From positions 4,161,576-4,225,575 of the forward strand of contig NC_011740.1 of the NCBI RefSeq assembly GCF_000026225.1: a stretch of 64,000 bases of DNA, read 5' to 3'. Shown here piece after piece: positions 30,635-40,055 of this stretch. Numbering within the stretch: the stretch's first letter is position 1; each line of letters begins with the position of its first letter. A program made the translations under genes and the position numbers. This DNA is from Escherichia fergusonii ATCC 35469. GTDB taxonomy: Bacteria > Pseudomonadota > Gammaproteobacteria > Enterobacterales > Enterobacteriaceae. Below the pieces are notes generated by a model that was not told where the DNA came from, searched no databases, and was given only the letters and a program-made list of their open reading frames with translations.

Positions 30635-30832
30635 TCAGCGCCTGCCGCGCGTCGACGTATTTGCCGACCAGCTAAATGACGCTTCGGGATCGGGTTTATA
30701 AGCCTGCTTTTTCTTCAACTGGCGGGCTTTTTTCGCTTCAGCCTCACGTTCAACCATTAATTTATCGATGTACTCTTTCTTGATGCTGTTGGTTTCGGAG
30801 TTTGTCAGTACGCGACCATGCGCAATACGCGC
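30118..30832. repeat. Direct repeat copy 2 (~715 bp)
   Basis: See copy 1. Confidence 0.9.
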
Positions 30833-30907
30833 CCGATCCAGCAGTGTTTTAAGTTCACGTTGCTCGCGCTCAGTCATCTCTTTTTGGGTAATACGCGGGA
30901 GTGCCAT
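30635..30907 (-). CDS. yjbD: DUF3811 family protein, full length
   Basis: 90 aa, MALPRITQKEMTEREQRELKTLLDRARIAHGRVL.... Matches YjbD by recall. Confidence 0.75.
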   Translation of the reverse strand: MALPRITQKEMTEREQRELKTLLDRARIAHGRVLTNSETNSIKKEYIDKLMVEREAEAKKARQLKKKQAYKPDPEASFSWSANTSTRGRR

Positions 30908-31436
30908 AGATGTTGCCCTCAGTTAGCCGATGGATTCAGTGTACGGGAATTCATTTGCAAGCAGAACTGATAATATTCCTTTGTTCTCTTCTTAAATATT
31001 TATCTTTCTTGATAATTGACGATAAATACAGATACAAATTTGGTGAAAAAATTTCCCGCTACAAACAACAGTAATTTATTAACTCTTTATTTTTCATTTG
31101 GTTAAAAATATTTCTCAATTCTGGCACGCTTTTCGCAATAACAATTTTGCGTTGATACTGAATTTCAAAGGGGGTTAAACCCCGTCGGCACACCAGGAAC
31201 GGCCAGGCTGTTTTCCGGGCGTGTTCCGTCAGCCTTTGACGCTAATTACGGGTTCGATTCCCGAATTCATTCCTGAAATGAATACTGGTTGTAACTTATT
31301 AAATAAAAAATGGGGGATTGCGCAGTCAGCGATCCCCGATAACGTCGCCGATAAAGACGCCGGGATACAGGCAAAAGGGAATTCCCCTGTCTCTTCGTGT
31401 CTGCTTCCGCGACAGCTATTAAGCAAGGAATAGATA

Positions 31437-32564
31437 ATGATTAAAAAAATAAGCGTAAGAAAAGATCAGCTGGCATTACTCTCCAGAAATGGCGATTACT
31501 ACAAAGTGCTGCATGCAGGCGAGCATCTTTTACCCTGGTTAAATACGCCAGAAGTCTTGCTGATTACGCTCGATGGCAGCGAAGTTCCCGACGTGCTGGC
31601 GGATTATTTGCGCCGCTTTCAGCCTGATTGGGTGGAAAGATATTGCGTGGTGGCCGACTTGTCGGAGACTGAAGCCGGGGCGTTGTATATGGACGGTATT
31701 TTGCTGGAGATCCTGCCGCCATCAACGCGTCGTTTGTACTGGCGTGTAGAGGATGATTTGACGCTTGTGCGGATGAATACGCAGCAAGTCCAGGTTCAAA
31801 CGGAGGTGATGAATGCGGTATTGCAGCCACGGCGCAAAGGGGCAGTTAAAGGCCGCGATGCGATACTGACGGTGCAGGTTCCGGCCTGGCACGTAGGCGT
31901 GCTGAAAATCGATGGTGAAACGCAGGCGCTGTTACCGCCGGGGCTGACCGCATACTGGAAAATAAATCATCTGGTTGAAGCTGAAGTTGTCGACACCCGC
32001 TTACAGGTTCTGGAAGTCAGCGGGCAAGAAATCTTAACGAAAGATAAGGTCAATCTGCGGATTAACCTCGCAGCTAACTGGCGCTACAGCGACGTGTTAT
32101 TGGCATTTAGTCAGTTAACGAAGCCGGTTGATCATTTGTATCGGGAATTGCAATTTGCACTGCGTGAAGCTGTAGGTACGCGTACGCTGGATGAATTACT
32201 GGAAGATAAACAGGTCATTGATGACGTTGTCAGCGAACAGGTGAAATCGCGCATGTTGCCATTTGGTATGGAGATTGCCTCATTAGGGGTGAAAGATATC
32301 GTCCTGCCTGGTGATATGAAAAATATCCTTGCGCAGCTGGTTGAGGCAGAGAAATCTGCGCAGGCCAATGTGATTCGCCGACGTGAAGAAACGGCAGCGA
32401 CGCGCTCGTTGCTGAACACCGCGAAGGTCATGGAAAACAACCCGGTAGCGCTGCGTTTAAAAGAGCTGGAAACGCTGGAGAGAGTGGCTGAGCGGATCGA
32501 TAACATCTCTGTATTTGGCGGTCTGGACCAGGTTCTGCACGGGTTAGTTAATATCAAAGGATGA
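31437..32564 (+). CDS. SPFH/band-7 (stomatin/prohibitin/flotillin-like) domain protein without an N-terminal membrane anchor
   Basis: 375 aa. The band-7 core is recognisable from residue ~150 on. The first 30 residues are not hydrophobic. Confidence 0.65.
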   Translation: MIKKISVRKDQLALLSRNGDYYKVLHAGEHLLPWLNTPEVLLITLDGSEVPDVLADYLRRFQPDWVERYCVVADLSETEAGALYMDGILLEILPPSTRRLYWRVEDDLTLVRMNTQQVQVQTEVMNAVLQPRRKGAVKGRDAILTVQVPAWHVGVLKIDGETQALLPPGLTAYWKINHLVEAEVVDTRLQVLEVSGQEILTKDKVNLRINLAANWRYSDVLLAFSQLTKPVDHLYRELQFALREAVGTRTLDELLEDKQVIDDVVSEQVKSRMLPFGMEIASLGVKDIVLPGDMKNILAQLVEAEKSAQANVIRRREETAATRSLLNTAKVMENNPVALRLKELETLERVAERIDNISVFGGLDQVLHGLVNIKG

Positions 32565-33361
32565 GTCAAATGCCAATAAATGGAGTCAGTGCTGCGATGC
32601 GCGAACGGGTATCGCAGCAATTAAAAGAAATAGAACGTCGCTATGGCGTGAAAGTGCTGTACGCCTGCGAATCGGGGAGTCGCGGTTGGGGATTTGCCTC
32701 TCCCGACAGCGACTACGATGTACGATTTTTGTATGTTCACCCGCTGGAATGGTATCTGCGGGTGGAGGCGCCGCGCGATGTTATTGAGTTGCCTATTGAC
32801 GACGAGTTAGATGTTTCAGGCTGGGAGTGGCGCAAGGCGCTGGGATTACTGAAAGGAGCGAATCCGACGCTGATAGAATGGCTGGATTCTCCGGTGGTCT
32901 ATCAACAAGATGAAGAAACGATAACGCCGCTTAAGGCAATGGTGCCGAAGTGGTTTTCTCCGCTGCGTGCGCGTTGGCATTATTATTCGATGGCGCGGAA
33001 AAACTTTCGCGGTTATTTGCAGGGCGACGTAGTTCGGCTGAAAAAATACTTTTACGTGCTGCGACCACTACTGGCTGTGCGTTGGGTTGAAGCGGGAAAA
33101 GGCGTACCGCCAATGCGCTTTGCCGAGTTACTGGCGGGAAGCGAGCTTGATGCACCGTTACGTGCAGAAATAGACGAACTGCTGGAACGTAAACAGCGCG
33201 CGGGAGAAGCGGAATATGGTCCGCGCCGTCCTTTGTTACATGCGTTTATTCGTGTGGAACTGGCGCGTGGGGAAATTCCACCAGTGTTACCGGACAGCAG
33301 GGACGGAGATGCCAGGGAACTGGATGGGTTGTTGTATCAAACAGTGATACGCCGGGCGTGA
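32561..33361 (+). CDS. Minimal (Pol-beta superfamily) nucleotidyltransferase with a C-terminal helical domain
   Basis: 266 aa. N-terminal GSRGWGFASPDSDYDV is the classic hG[GS]...D-x-D NTase motif. ATGA start/stop overlap with the SPFH gene. Confidence 0.65.
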   Translation: MSQMPINGVSAAMRERVSQQLKEIERRYGVKVLYACESGSRGWGFASPDSDYDVRFLYVHPLEWYLRVEAPRDVIELPIDDELDVSGWEWRKALGLLKGANPTLIEWLDSPVVYQQDEETITPLKAMVPKWFSPLRARWHYYSMARKNFRGYLQGDVVRLKKYFYVLRPLLAVRWVEAGKGVPPMRFAELLAGSELDAPLRAEIDELLERKQRAGEAEYGPRRPLLHAFIRVELARGEIPPVLPDSRDGDARELDGLLYQTVIRRA

Positions 33362-33372
33362 TGCCCGGCGCC
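33350..33372. terminator. Stem-loop between convergent genes
   Basis: GCCGGGCGTGATGCCCGGC followed by GCCTTCC. Confidence 0.5.
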
Positions 33373-33390
33373 TTCCAATAAAAAAGTTTT

Positions 33391-34119
33391 TTACCGAAGA
33401 GAATATTTGAGCTGTTTAAATTTGCTGCAGAGTGTGTTTTTTATGCTGAAACCTGGAACCCAGTGGAGAGCTGTGTTCCAGGGACGAGGTGAACCGTGAA
33501 AACATACAATTTTTGCATCCGATGGCAATTCTCCGTTTGCTTTACCATCGTGTAAGTCAGGATTAAAGCCTATCATTTTAGGCGTCGCTATATTCGCTTT
33601 GTAACTGATAATTTGTCCTGGAAAAATATCCTGCCATCTTTCAGCGTCATGACATACTCTGCCGATAAATCCCTGATCCCCATGATATGGCGGCTTTCTG
33701 GTTGAATTTATTTCAGTTTCAGGCGATCTCATAAACTCTTCCCAGACAAGTTTTTTGGCGTCCGCAGGAATGAACATTATTCCAGTCGCAGGAGCAGCAT
33801 TGGAACCATGCTGCGAGAAGTCGTTCAGTAATGTTACTTTTTTCATTTTAGTAAACTGTGTAATATCACCGACGATTACAGTATCAATATCAATATAAAG
33901 TATATCTTCATTCCCGATAACAGGATGTTCGGGATTAAATAGCTCTAATTTTGCCCACCATCCTGGCCAATTATACAGTAATGGAGTGGTTTGAACCCCT
34001 TTGATTTCTGAAGCATCCGTCATGCAAATGGAATTATACCCATCCAGCTGCTGGTGAAGCCATTGTGCATGTTTAATAGTGAAATCCTTACTTTGTCTGA
34101 GAACTGAGACAATAAACAT
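33391..34119 (-). CDS. Hypothetical DxD-motif protein, possible GT-A-like glycosyltransferase; AT-rich
   Basis: 242 aa. ILYIDIDTVIVGD gives a DxD after a hydrophobic beta-strand. Last gene after the tail-fiber module. Low GC. Confidence 0.4.
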   Translation of the reverse strand: MFIVSVLRQSKDFTIKHAQWLHQQLDGYNSICMTDASEIKGVQTTPLLYNWPGWWAKLELFNPEHPVIGNEDILYIDIDTVIVGDITQFTKMKKVTLLNDFSQHGSNAAPATGIMFIPADAKKLVWEEFMRSPETEINSTRKPPYHGDQGFIGRVCHDAERWQDIFPGQIISYKANIATPKMIGFNPDLHDGKANGELPSDAKIVCFHGSPRPWNTALHWVPGFSIKNTLCSKFKQLKYSLR

Positions 34120-34332
34120 GTAATTTCCCTGTAGCGATTAGCAAAATATATAAGTAGTGAACTATATTTGATGTAATTTACAATGCAATAGTTATTGTAT
34201 TTAAATTCTTCTATATTCACTCAGTGGATGGTTAATATGGAAATATAATTACTGTGAATATTTATAAGCATGTGCTTTGTTTGTGATGGAATATACAGCC
34301 TGATTAAAGCCGGGCTTGAAGCCCGGCGTAGT

Positions 34333-34788
34333 TTATGGTTGATATTGCCAACTGTTAACTAAAGCGTACAAGTGGTTTGGGGAATAGCGCCAACTTTCTT
34401 TTAATTGCAGAAATTCGGCACAAAATTCGCTACAAAACAGGCGATCGCGCTGTTCTTTATTGCCGGTGATAATTCCTAAGGCTCCACGCCAGTCGTATTT
34501 TTTGCCATCATGTTTACGGAAAAAAGCTTCTACATCCTGAAGGCTGACCTGGAGCGGCAGCATATCCCACTTGTCTGGCGGTAAAGGCATTATCTTTCCA
34601 CGAACGCCGCGATCGCGCAGAGAGGCGGAGTAACAAAGGTAACTCTTTTCTCCATGTGCTACGGCTAATTCACAGTGGGAATAACTGCCGCGAGTGATTT
34701 TGCGTGTAAGCCAGTCAGCCAGTCTCGCAATAACCCGGTGCTCTGTTCGCCCTTTATAGCAAGCGAGCCAGACTGTAGTTTTACTCAT
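34333..34788 (-). CDS. YiiX/YaeF-like permuted papain-fold (NlpC/P60 superfamily, C92-like) protein
   Basis: 151 aa. GKKYDW...LFCSEFC and SHCELAV match the YiiX catalytic Cys/His context by recall. ATGA overlap with the upstream tfa gene. Confidence 0.5.
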   Translation of the reverse strand: MSKTTVWLACYKGRTEHRVIARLADWLTRKITRGSYSHCELAVAHGEKSYLCYSASLRDRGVRGKIMPLPPDKWDMLPLQVSLQDVEAFFRKHDGKKYDWRGALGIITGNKEQRDRLFCSEFCAEFLQLKESWRYSPNHLYALVNSWQYQP

Positions 34789-35492
34789 GGTTGCCAGCCT
34801 GTTGAATAATCGTAGTCGAGTACCGACTGAATATCGTCCAGAGCTTCCACCGCCGCGATATGGCGTTGGGCGTTGGCAAACAAGCGTATATCGTGATCCA
34901 TTGTGACGGATTCAAACTGGGCAGCGATTTCGTTGGTTAACTCAGTCAGACCATTATTTTTAGTTTTCCACATTAAACCTGGCGGAATTTTTTTCTCCGC
35001 TCCCATTTTTGTGAGTGAGAGTTGTTGGATGCGGCTGCTTGTATCACTGTGGAAGTAATTGTCGTTGATGATGATGTAGTCGGTAGTGATGGAGTCGCGC
35101 AATGTTTTGATTTCGGCACATTTCGCCTGTTTAGCATCATCAATTGATGGCTGCCATTTTTCGCCATCCCAACGCTCAAAAGTACTGGTAGGGGAAATGA
35201 TGGTGACAGTTTCAGGCAATTGACCCAATTTATTAATAATAATCTGGCTGCCATCAACTTTGTTATAAACAGTTTGGCCTCGATGATCTTCAATAAGTTC
35301 CCATTTATTAATTGACCATATAGAAGTAAAACCTGCAATTTTTTGTGGTGGTGGTGTTAATGTGCAGTAATTCGGTAGTCCAGTGTTTGGTGCTATATAT
35401 ACATTGGACTCACCAATAAATTCTTGTGTGTCTGGTGAAAAATTAAAAACAGATAAAATTTGTGCGTTATCGGAAAAAGTAAAAGTATTCAT
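34785..35492 (-). CDS. Phage tail fiber assembly protein (Tfa / gpG / Mu U-like)
   Basis: 235 aa. Tfa family by recall. Overlaps the tail fiber stop. Confidence 0.75.
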   Translation of the reverse strand: MNTFTFSDNAQILSVFNFSPDTQEFIGESNVYIAPNTGLPNYCTLTPPPQKIAGFTSIWSINKWELIEDHRGQTVYNKVDGSQIIINKLGQLPETVTIISPTSTFERWDGEKWQPSIDDAKQAKCAEIKTLRDSITTDYIIINDNYFHSDTSSRIQQLSLTKMGAEKKIPPGLMWKTKNNGLTELTNEIAAQFESVTMDHDIRLFANAQRHIAAVEALDDIQSVLDYDYSTGWQP

Positions 35493-37069
35493 GCAAGCCT
35501 CACAATATAATTGAATGCAATGTTTTTAACAGTATTTTCTGTATTGCCAGTGTTATTGATGATAATTGAGTGATTATGTGTACCTAACACAATATTATGT
35601 GTATGACTTCCCAGTGCGATTGTATGTGCATGGGCGCCAATCGTAATACTATGATAATGACTACCAGCAGACTCAGTAGGTTCTCTGTAGTTCTCATCTG
35701 AATTGGGGCTGTTCCATAAAGACGGTCCATCTTTACCTTCTGCACCATCAGTTGGTATTCGGTGTGTATGTTCTCCAGATGTGCTTGTATTTCTACTTCC
35801 ATGATTAAATGAAGCTGTAGTTTTTGTTCCTAAGTCCGTAGAGGTAGATGTTATTGTCCCTAAATTGGTACTAGAAATACTGCCCGTATGGTTATGTGAT
35901 TTAACTCCATCCAGTTCAGTAGATAATATAGCGCGCCCACTGGATGGTTTTCCTTTAATTATCCATCCGCGCATATCAGGAATAACGCCAGATGGATATG
36001 CAATTGCCAGTTTGGGATAGGAGGTTTTATTAAATGTCTGACCAGTCATCAGAGCGTAGCCTGAAGGTACAGAATCAGATGGCCAGGGTATAGGCATCCC
36101 TACAGGACAGCTTTCCGCAGCAATAGCCTTATCCATCGCTGCCTTAACCGCGTTCGGCGTTGCAGCTTCCGTCGTACTGGTGCTGTTGGTCGCATTATTA
36201 AGTTTCACGACCCCTTTTTGTGTCAGCGTACCGTCGGGGATACCTGTTATTTGCCCCCAGGCATGGGTATGGCTGGACGGTGCCGCAGCAATAGCCTTGT
36301 CCATCGCTGCTTTAACAGCACTTGGCGTTGCAGCTTCCGTTGTACTGGTGCTATTTGTTGTGTTGTTAAGTTTAACGACTCCTTTCTGCGTCAGTGTACC
36401 ATCAGGGATACCAGTAATCTGACTCCAGGCATGATTATGACTGGTGGCAGCTTTGCTATTTGCCAGGTCATATGCCGTTTTTACCGCTTTTGGCGTGGCC
36501 GCTTTGGTTTCATCATCGCTATTAGTCGCATTACTCAGCTGCGTAAAACCTTTTTGTGTCAGCGTCGCATCAGGATGATTTCGTGATTGCTGATGTGTTT
36601 TCAACGCGTCATCGACATATTCCCTGGTTGCCACAACGACTGAAGGGTCGATCAAAAGCGTCACCGCATCTGCATTGGTGACTTCCATGACCGCGCGTAT
36701 AACGATTTGCTTACTGGCCCCCGCAGGTAATCGTGGCTTATAGGTTTCAGGGATTTTTCCGATAGCGACCAGCGTGCCGTCGGTATCCAGTAACCCAACT
36801 TCGCGTACATACCAGCCTCCGACTTGTTCGGGAATAATCGCTTCCGCGATAACCCAGGCCGGATTATCTGGCGCAATTTTTAACGTATTGAGCTGACCAC
36901 GCCAGACCTCATGGACTACTTTAGTCTGACTTTCTGTCGGTTCGATATATTTACCATTACCGTCGCCAACTACCATAGTTTGCAGACGGATCTGTTTTTG
37001 CTCCGTCAATGCAGAGGCAATTTTGGCTTTGCCTGCAGTAGTTAATATTGTAAAAAATTCACTTGCCAT
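35489..37069 (-). CDS. Phage tail fiber protein (P2 gpH / Mu S / lambda Stf-like) with tandem repeats and a His-rich C-terminus
   Basis: About 526 aa from [21 protein letters not shown] (SD GGAGGA; the track ORF starts 41 codons earlier, inside gpI). Two 168-bp tandem repeats. C-terminal HxH-rich tip. Confidence 0.8.
   Translation of the reverse strand: MASEFFTILTTAGKAKIASALTEQKQIRLQTMVVGDGNGKYIEPTESQTKVVHEVWRGQLNTLKIAPDNPAWVIAEAIIPEQVGGWYVREVGLLDTDGTLVAIGKIPETYKPRLPAGASKQIVIRAVMEVTNADAVTLLIDPSVVVATREYVDDALKTHQQSRNHPDATLTQKGFTQLSNATNSDDETKAATPKAVKTAYDLANSKAATSHNHAWSQITGIPDGTLTQKGVVKLNNTTNSTSTTEAATPSAVKAAMDKAIAAAPSSHTHAWGQITGIPDGTLTQKGVVKLNNATNSTSTTEAATPNAVKAAMDKAIAAESCPVGMPIPWPSDSVPSGYALMTGQTFNKTSYPKLAIAYPSGVIPDMRGWIIKGKPSSGRAILSTELDGVKSHNHTGSISSTNLGTITSTSTDLGTKTTASFNHGSRNTSTSGEHTHRIPTDGAEGKDGPSLWNSPNSDENYREPTESAGSHYHSITIGAHAHTIALGSHTHNIVLGTHNHSIIINNTGNTENTVKNIAFNYIVRLA
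36117..36452. repeat. 2 x 168-bp tandem repeat inside the tail-fiber gene, plus a degenerate third unit to ~36620
   Basis: GCAGCAATAGCCTT[A/G]TCCATCGCTGC... recurs at 36117 and 36285. Encodes a ~56-aa repeat ([24 protein letters not shown]...[18 protein letters not shown]). Confidence 0.85.
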
Positions 37070-37803
37070 TATTCCTCCGGATATACAGACATAATTTCGG
37101 TGCTCCAGTATCCTGTGCCGACCTTCATCGGTTGGGATTGTGTAAGGCGATCGGGTTGATAAGGTAGTAGTTGGATATATTCCTCCACACAATAACCCGT
37201 CGCTAAAAATATTCCTGATGACTGGCTGAGGCTTTCTGCAACAGGAGGCAATACTGTAATGACTTCCCCTCCTTGCATGGCGCTGCCAATAACTGGTATT
37301 GGGCTTCGATTAATAAGCCAAATAACAATGCTTTCCAGCTTTGAACGAACATTTTTATATTCATGAATTAATGTGATAAGTGCATTGAATTCATCTTCAT
37401 TTAATCCTTTTTCCTCTAGTGTAATATTTACCTTAAAAAAATAAGCCCTTCCCCCATATTCAAACCATTCTGAAATAGTTCCGGGTAAGGAAAGTATTTC
37501 CAGCACCCGCCGTACCGCCCAAATTGTTCCTTTATATTTATGCAGTTCAATGGCTTGTTTAATTAACTCGCGCTTCTCCCGCTCATCGGTGGTAAATAAC
37601 CAACCTTCCAGCCCCTGAACGTGAAATTGTTCTGCAAGGGCTGGTAATGCCGAAGCATCAACCAGGTCGACCAGATAAACCATCAACGCCGTCAGATCGA
37701 GTTGGGCAAAACGCTCGGCGGCGATGTTTGCCAGAATCGAAAAACGCTCATCGCTGGCAAGCGGCGGCGGTGGCAGCAATTTATCCATCGCTGACTCCGG
37801 CAA
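37069..37803 (-). CDS. Baseplate protein (P2 gpI / Mu gp48-like)
   Basis: 244 aa. Its stop overlaps the tail-fiber start (TAATG). Position follows the J-like gene. Confidence 0.65.
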   Translation of the reverse strand: MPESAMDKLLPPPPLASDERFSILANIAAERFAQLDLTALMVYLVDLVDASALPALAEQFHVQGLEGWLFTTDEREKRELIKQAIELHKYKGTIWAVRRVLEILSLPGTISEWFEYGGRAYFFKVNITLEEKGLNEDEFNALITLIHEYKNVRSKLESIVIWLINRSPIPVIGSAMQGGEVITVLPPVAESLSQSSGIFLATGYCVEEYIQLLPYQPDRLTQSQPMKVGTGYWSTEIMSVYPEE

Positions 37804-38896
37804 TCGTGACGTCTATTGCAGTGCATTCCGCCCATTCATGCGCCTGCAAAATACGTTTTGTAGGCATATTCAGCGCAACGTCATAGACGCCATCGACCTG
37901 TAACACTTTGATTATCTGGTTTGGCACAATGTCCTGCCCCAGATGTTTCTGCCGCTGTTGCGTCCAGAGGCTAATCGCTTTACGCGCCGCAGCCAGCGTT
38001 GTCTCCTGATCGGCGGTGGTAAACAGCGTTAGCTGAGCACGGATCTCATACGGCACTCGAAGAGCGCATTTCGCACTCACTTTGTCGGTCAGCGGACGTT
38101 TTTTCTCCTTGCTAACCTCCTGTTCGATTTGCGCGAGCAGTTCTGTTCCCGGCAGTCCGTTCAGGGTTAGCGGGTAGATCTCCACGCAGCCTTCTGGCAA
38201 TCCCTCGTCCGGCCCCAGTACTGCAACGTCAATAATCGACTGGCTAACAGAAAGCGTATGAAAGCGGTATGCGCCATAGCTGCCCGCATTACTAAAGCTT
38301 TCTGGTGCCAGTTGGATACGCTGGCGCAATGCGTCATCGCTCTCCTCACCGCAGCCGCCCGTTGACGCAGTCAGGTTAGTTACGTTGATGTCATAATGAC
38401 CCATCCTGTCGACCAGTGCGCTAATTTGTGCAGGCTGCCAGCCGTTGCCCTGTTCACCTGCTGCGAGGCTGGTGGCAGGAACGGCGATATGCAAACTCCT
38501 GGCCGGAAGCAGAACATCTTCATCGGTGGCGAACATCACGCTATCAGAGGCACTGGCCCGCGTCCCCTGGGGAATCAGGATATTGCTGGTATACGCACTG
38601 ACGACCGAAAACTGCAACGTCGTTTTTGCAGGCTGCGCAGGCAAACGGTGAACGCCCACCAACTCCCCTAAATAATCCAGCATTGGCGCGCGGGAATACG
38701 CGACCAGGTTTTGTTTCGCCGCTTCCTGAATGGCGATGCGTACAAGGTTTTCACGATAGGCAAACAGGTCGATGAGCAACCGCTCAGCCTGTGCCGGATA
38801 GAGTTTTTTACCACTGGCATCTTCGTATTGCGCAATCATCTCACTGGTAATTTGCGCAGGATCGCGGTCAATAAAATTGGGTTCGGCTATCGCCAT
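37781..38896 (-). CDS. Baseplate wedge protein (P2 gpJ / Mu gp47-like)
   Basis: 371 aa. Baseplate J family by recall. Confidence 0.7.
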   Translation of the reverse strand: MAIAEPNFIDRDPAQITSEMIAQYEDASGKKLYPAQAERLLIDLFAYRENLVRIAIQEAAKQNLVAYSRAPMLDYLGELVGVHRLPAQPAKTTLQFSVVSAYTSNILIPQGTRASASDSVMFATDEDVLLPARSLHIAVPATSLAAGEQGNGWQPAQISALVDRMGHYDINVTNLTASTGGCGEESDDALRQRIQLAPESFSNAGSYGAYRFHTLSVSQSIIDVAVLGPDEGLPEGCVEIYPLTLNGLPGTELLAQIEQEVSKEKKRPLTDKVSAKCALRVPYEIRAQLTLFTTADQETTLAAARKAISLWTQQRQKHLGQDIVPNQIIKVLQVDGVYDVALNMPTKRILQAHEWAECTAIDVTIAGVSDG

Positions 38897-39246
38897 AACA
38901 CCTCCGTTGAGTTGATAACGCCGTCAGCGGCGCGCCATTGCACACGTAACGTCAGATGTTCGCCGTCGATTACTGGTGTCAGCTTCAGCAACCGACAGCG
39001 CGGTTCCCACTGGCGGATGGCTTCCACCGACTCCCGTACCACATGCGGGATTGCCCGCTCGATGGGGTAATCGATGTAGTGCCACAAGTTGCTGCCAAAC
39101 AGCGGTCTGTGGGGATCACTGCCGCGCGGTGTACGCAGAATGATGTGTATTGCCTGGTGAATATCATCCAGCCCGCAGACGTATTCTTCAGGCCGCTGCA
39201 AGGCCGGTTGCCAGTGCAGCGTTGAGGGTCGTGTTTTTGTGTTCAT
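38887..39246 (-). CDS. Baseplate protein (gp25 / GPW-like)
   Basis: 119 aa. GPW/gp25 family by recall. Confidence 0.7.
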   Translation of the reverse strand: MNTKTRPSTLHWQPALQRPEEYVCGLDDIHQAIHIILRTPRGSDPHRPLFGSNLWHYIDYPIERAIPHVVRESVEAIRQWEPRCRLLKLTPVIDGEHLTLRVQWRAADGVINSTEVLWR

Positions 39247-39344
39247 GAGGGTATTTTCGCCCTGAACGGGCTGTGGCGATATTAAAGCGATTTAGAAAAC
39301 TGATTGATTAAAAAGAGAAAACCCGCCATCAGGCGGGTTAAACG

Positions 39345-40046
39345 TCAGTGTGTATGGTGGTTGGAGTTGCCACCGCTGTCCTGCAATGCGCCGCTGGCCT
39401 GAACGTTGCCGATCACGTTGACATTGCCAGTTATCGTGGCGGCGTTACCGATGCCTCCACTTCCTGCCATCCCGCCAAGCCAGGTGAGTTTTTTCATTAC
39501 CGTGACGTTGCCAGTAAAGGTGCTCATGGGCGCATCTACCGTCACTGCTGCCGCTTTAACATCGACCTTAGTGGCGTCGATGCTGACATCGGTCGCTTTA
39601 ACATCGACAGTATCGGAAGTCACGATGACCTGTTGGGCTTTAATCTCAACGTTGGGTGATGTCAGGCGGGTACTGTCGATAACCTCAATCACGATTTTCT
39701 CGATACCGCCGTTAATCGTCAGCTGGTGCGTGCTGCGGTCATATTCAAACGCTGCGCCATCAGAAAACTGGACGTAACGTTTATCGCGCGAGGCCACAGG
39801 CGCGGTGTCAACCGTAGAATAAACTGCGCCCAGCACCACGCCATCTTCACCGTTATTGTCCAGCAGAACTTCCACTTGCTCGCCCATATCCGGTAGCCAG
39901 TAGTCTTTATTGTCCTGGGAATTGCGTTGAAGTACCGCAAGCCAGTTGCTCTTCAGATTGTCACACTCCGGGAGCGTGACCCGCACCCGAACGCTGGTTT
40001 CGTCAATATCGATGATAATCCCCGTTTGCCGGGTTACTCCTTTCAT
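39345..40046 (-). CDS. Baseplate central spike (P2 gpV / Mu gp45-like)
   Basis: 233 aa. N-terminal OB-fold region, then a beta-helical repeat (VDVKATDVSIDATKVDVKAAAVTVDAP) and a C-terminal apex. Confidence 0.7.
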   Translation of the reverse strand: MKGVTRQTGIIIDIDETSVRVRVTLPECDNLKSNWLAVLQRNSQDNKDYWLPDMGEQVEVLLDNNGEDGVVLGAVYSTVDTAPVASRDKRYVQFSDGAAFEYDRSTHQLTINGGIEKIVIEVIDSTRLTSPNVEIKAQQVIVTSDTVDVKATDVSIDATKVDVKAAAVTVDAPMSTFTGNVTVMKKLTWLGGMAGSGGIGNAATITGNVNVIGNVQASGALQDSGGNSNHHTH

Positions 40047-40055
40047 ATTTCCTCC

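Noticed and set aside
36180-36586. Plus-strand ORFs (80 and 122 aa) with internally repeated peptide [18 protein letters not shown]
   Set aside because: They are the antisense image of the 168-bp tandem repeats inside the minus-strand tail-fiber gene.
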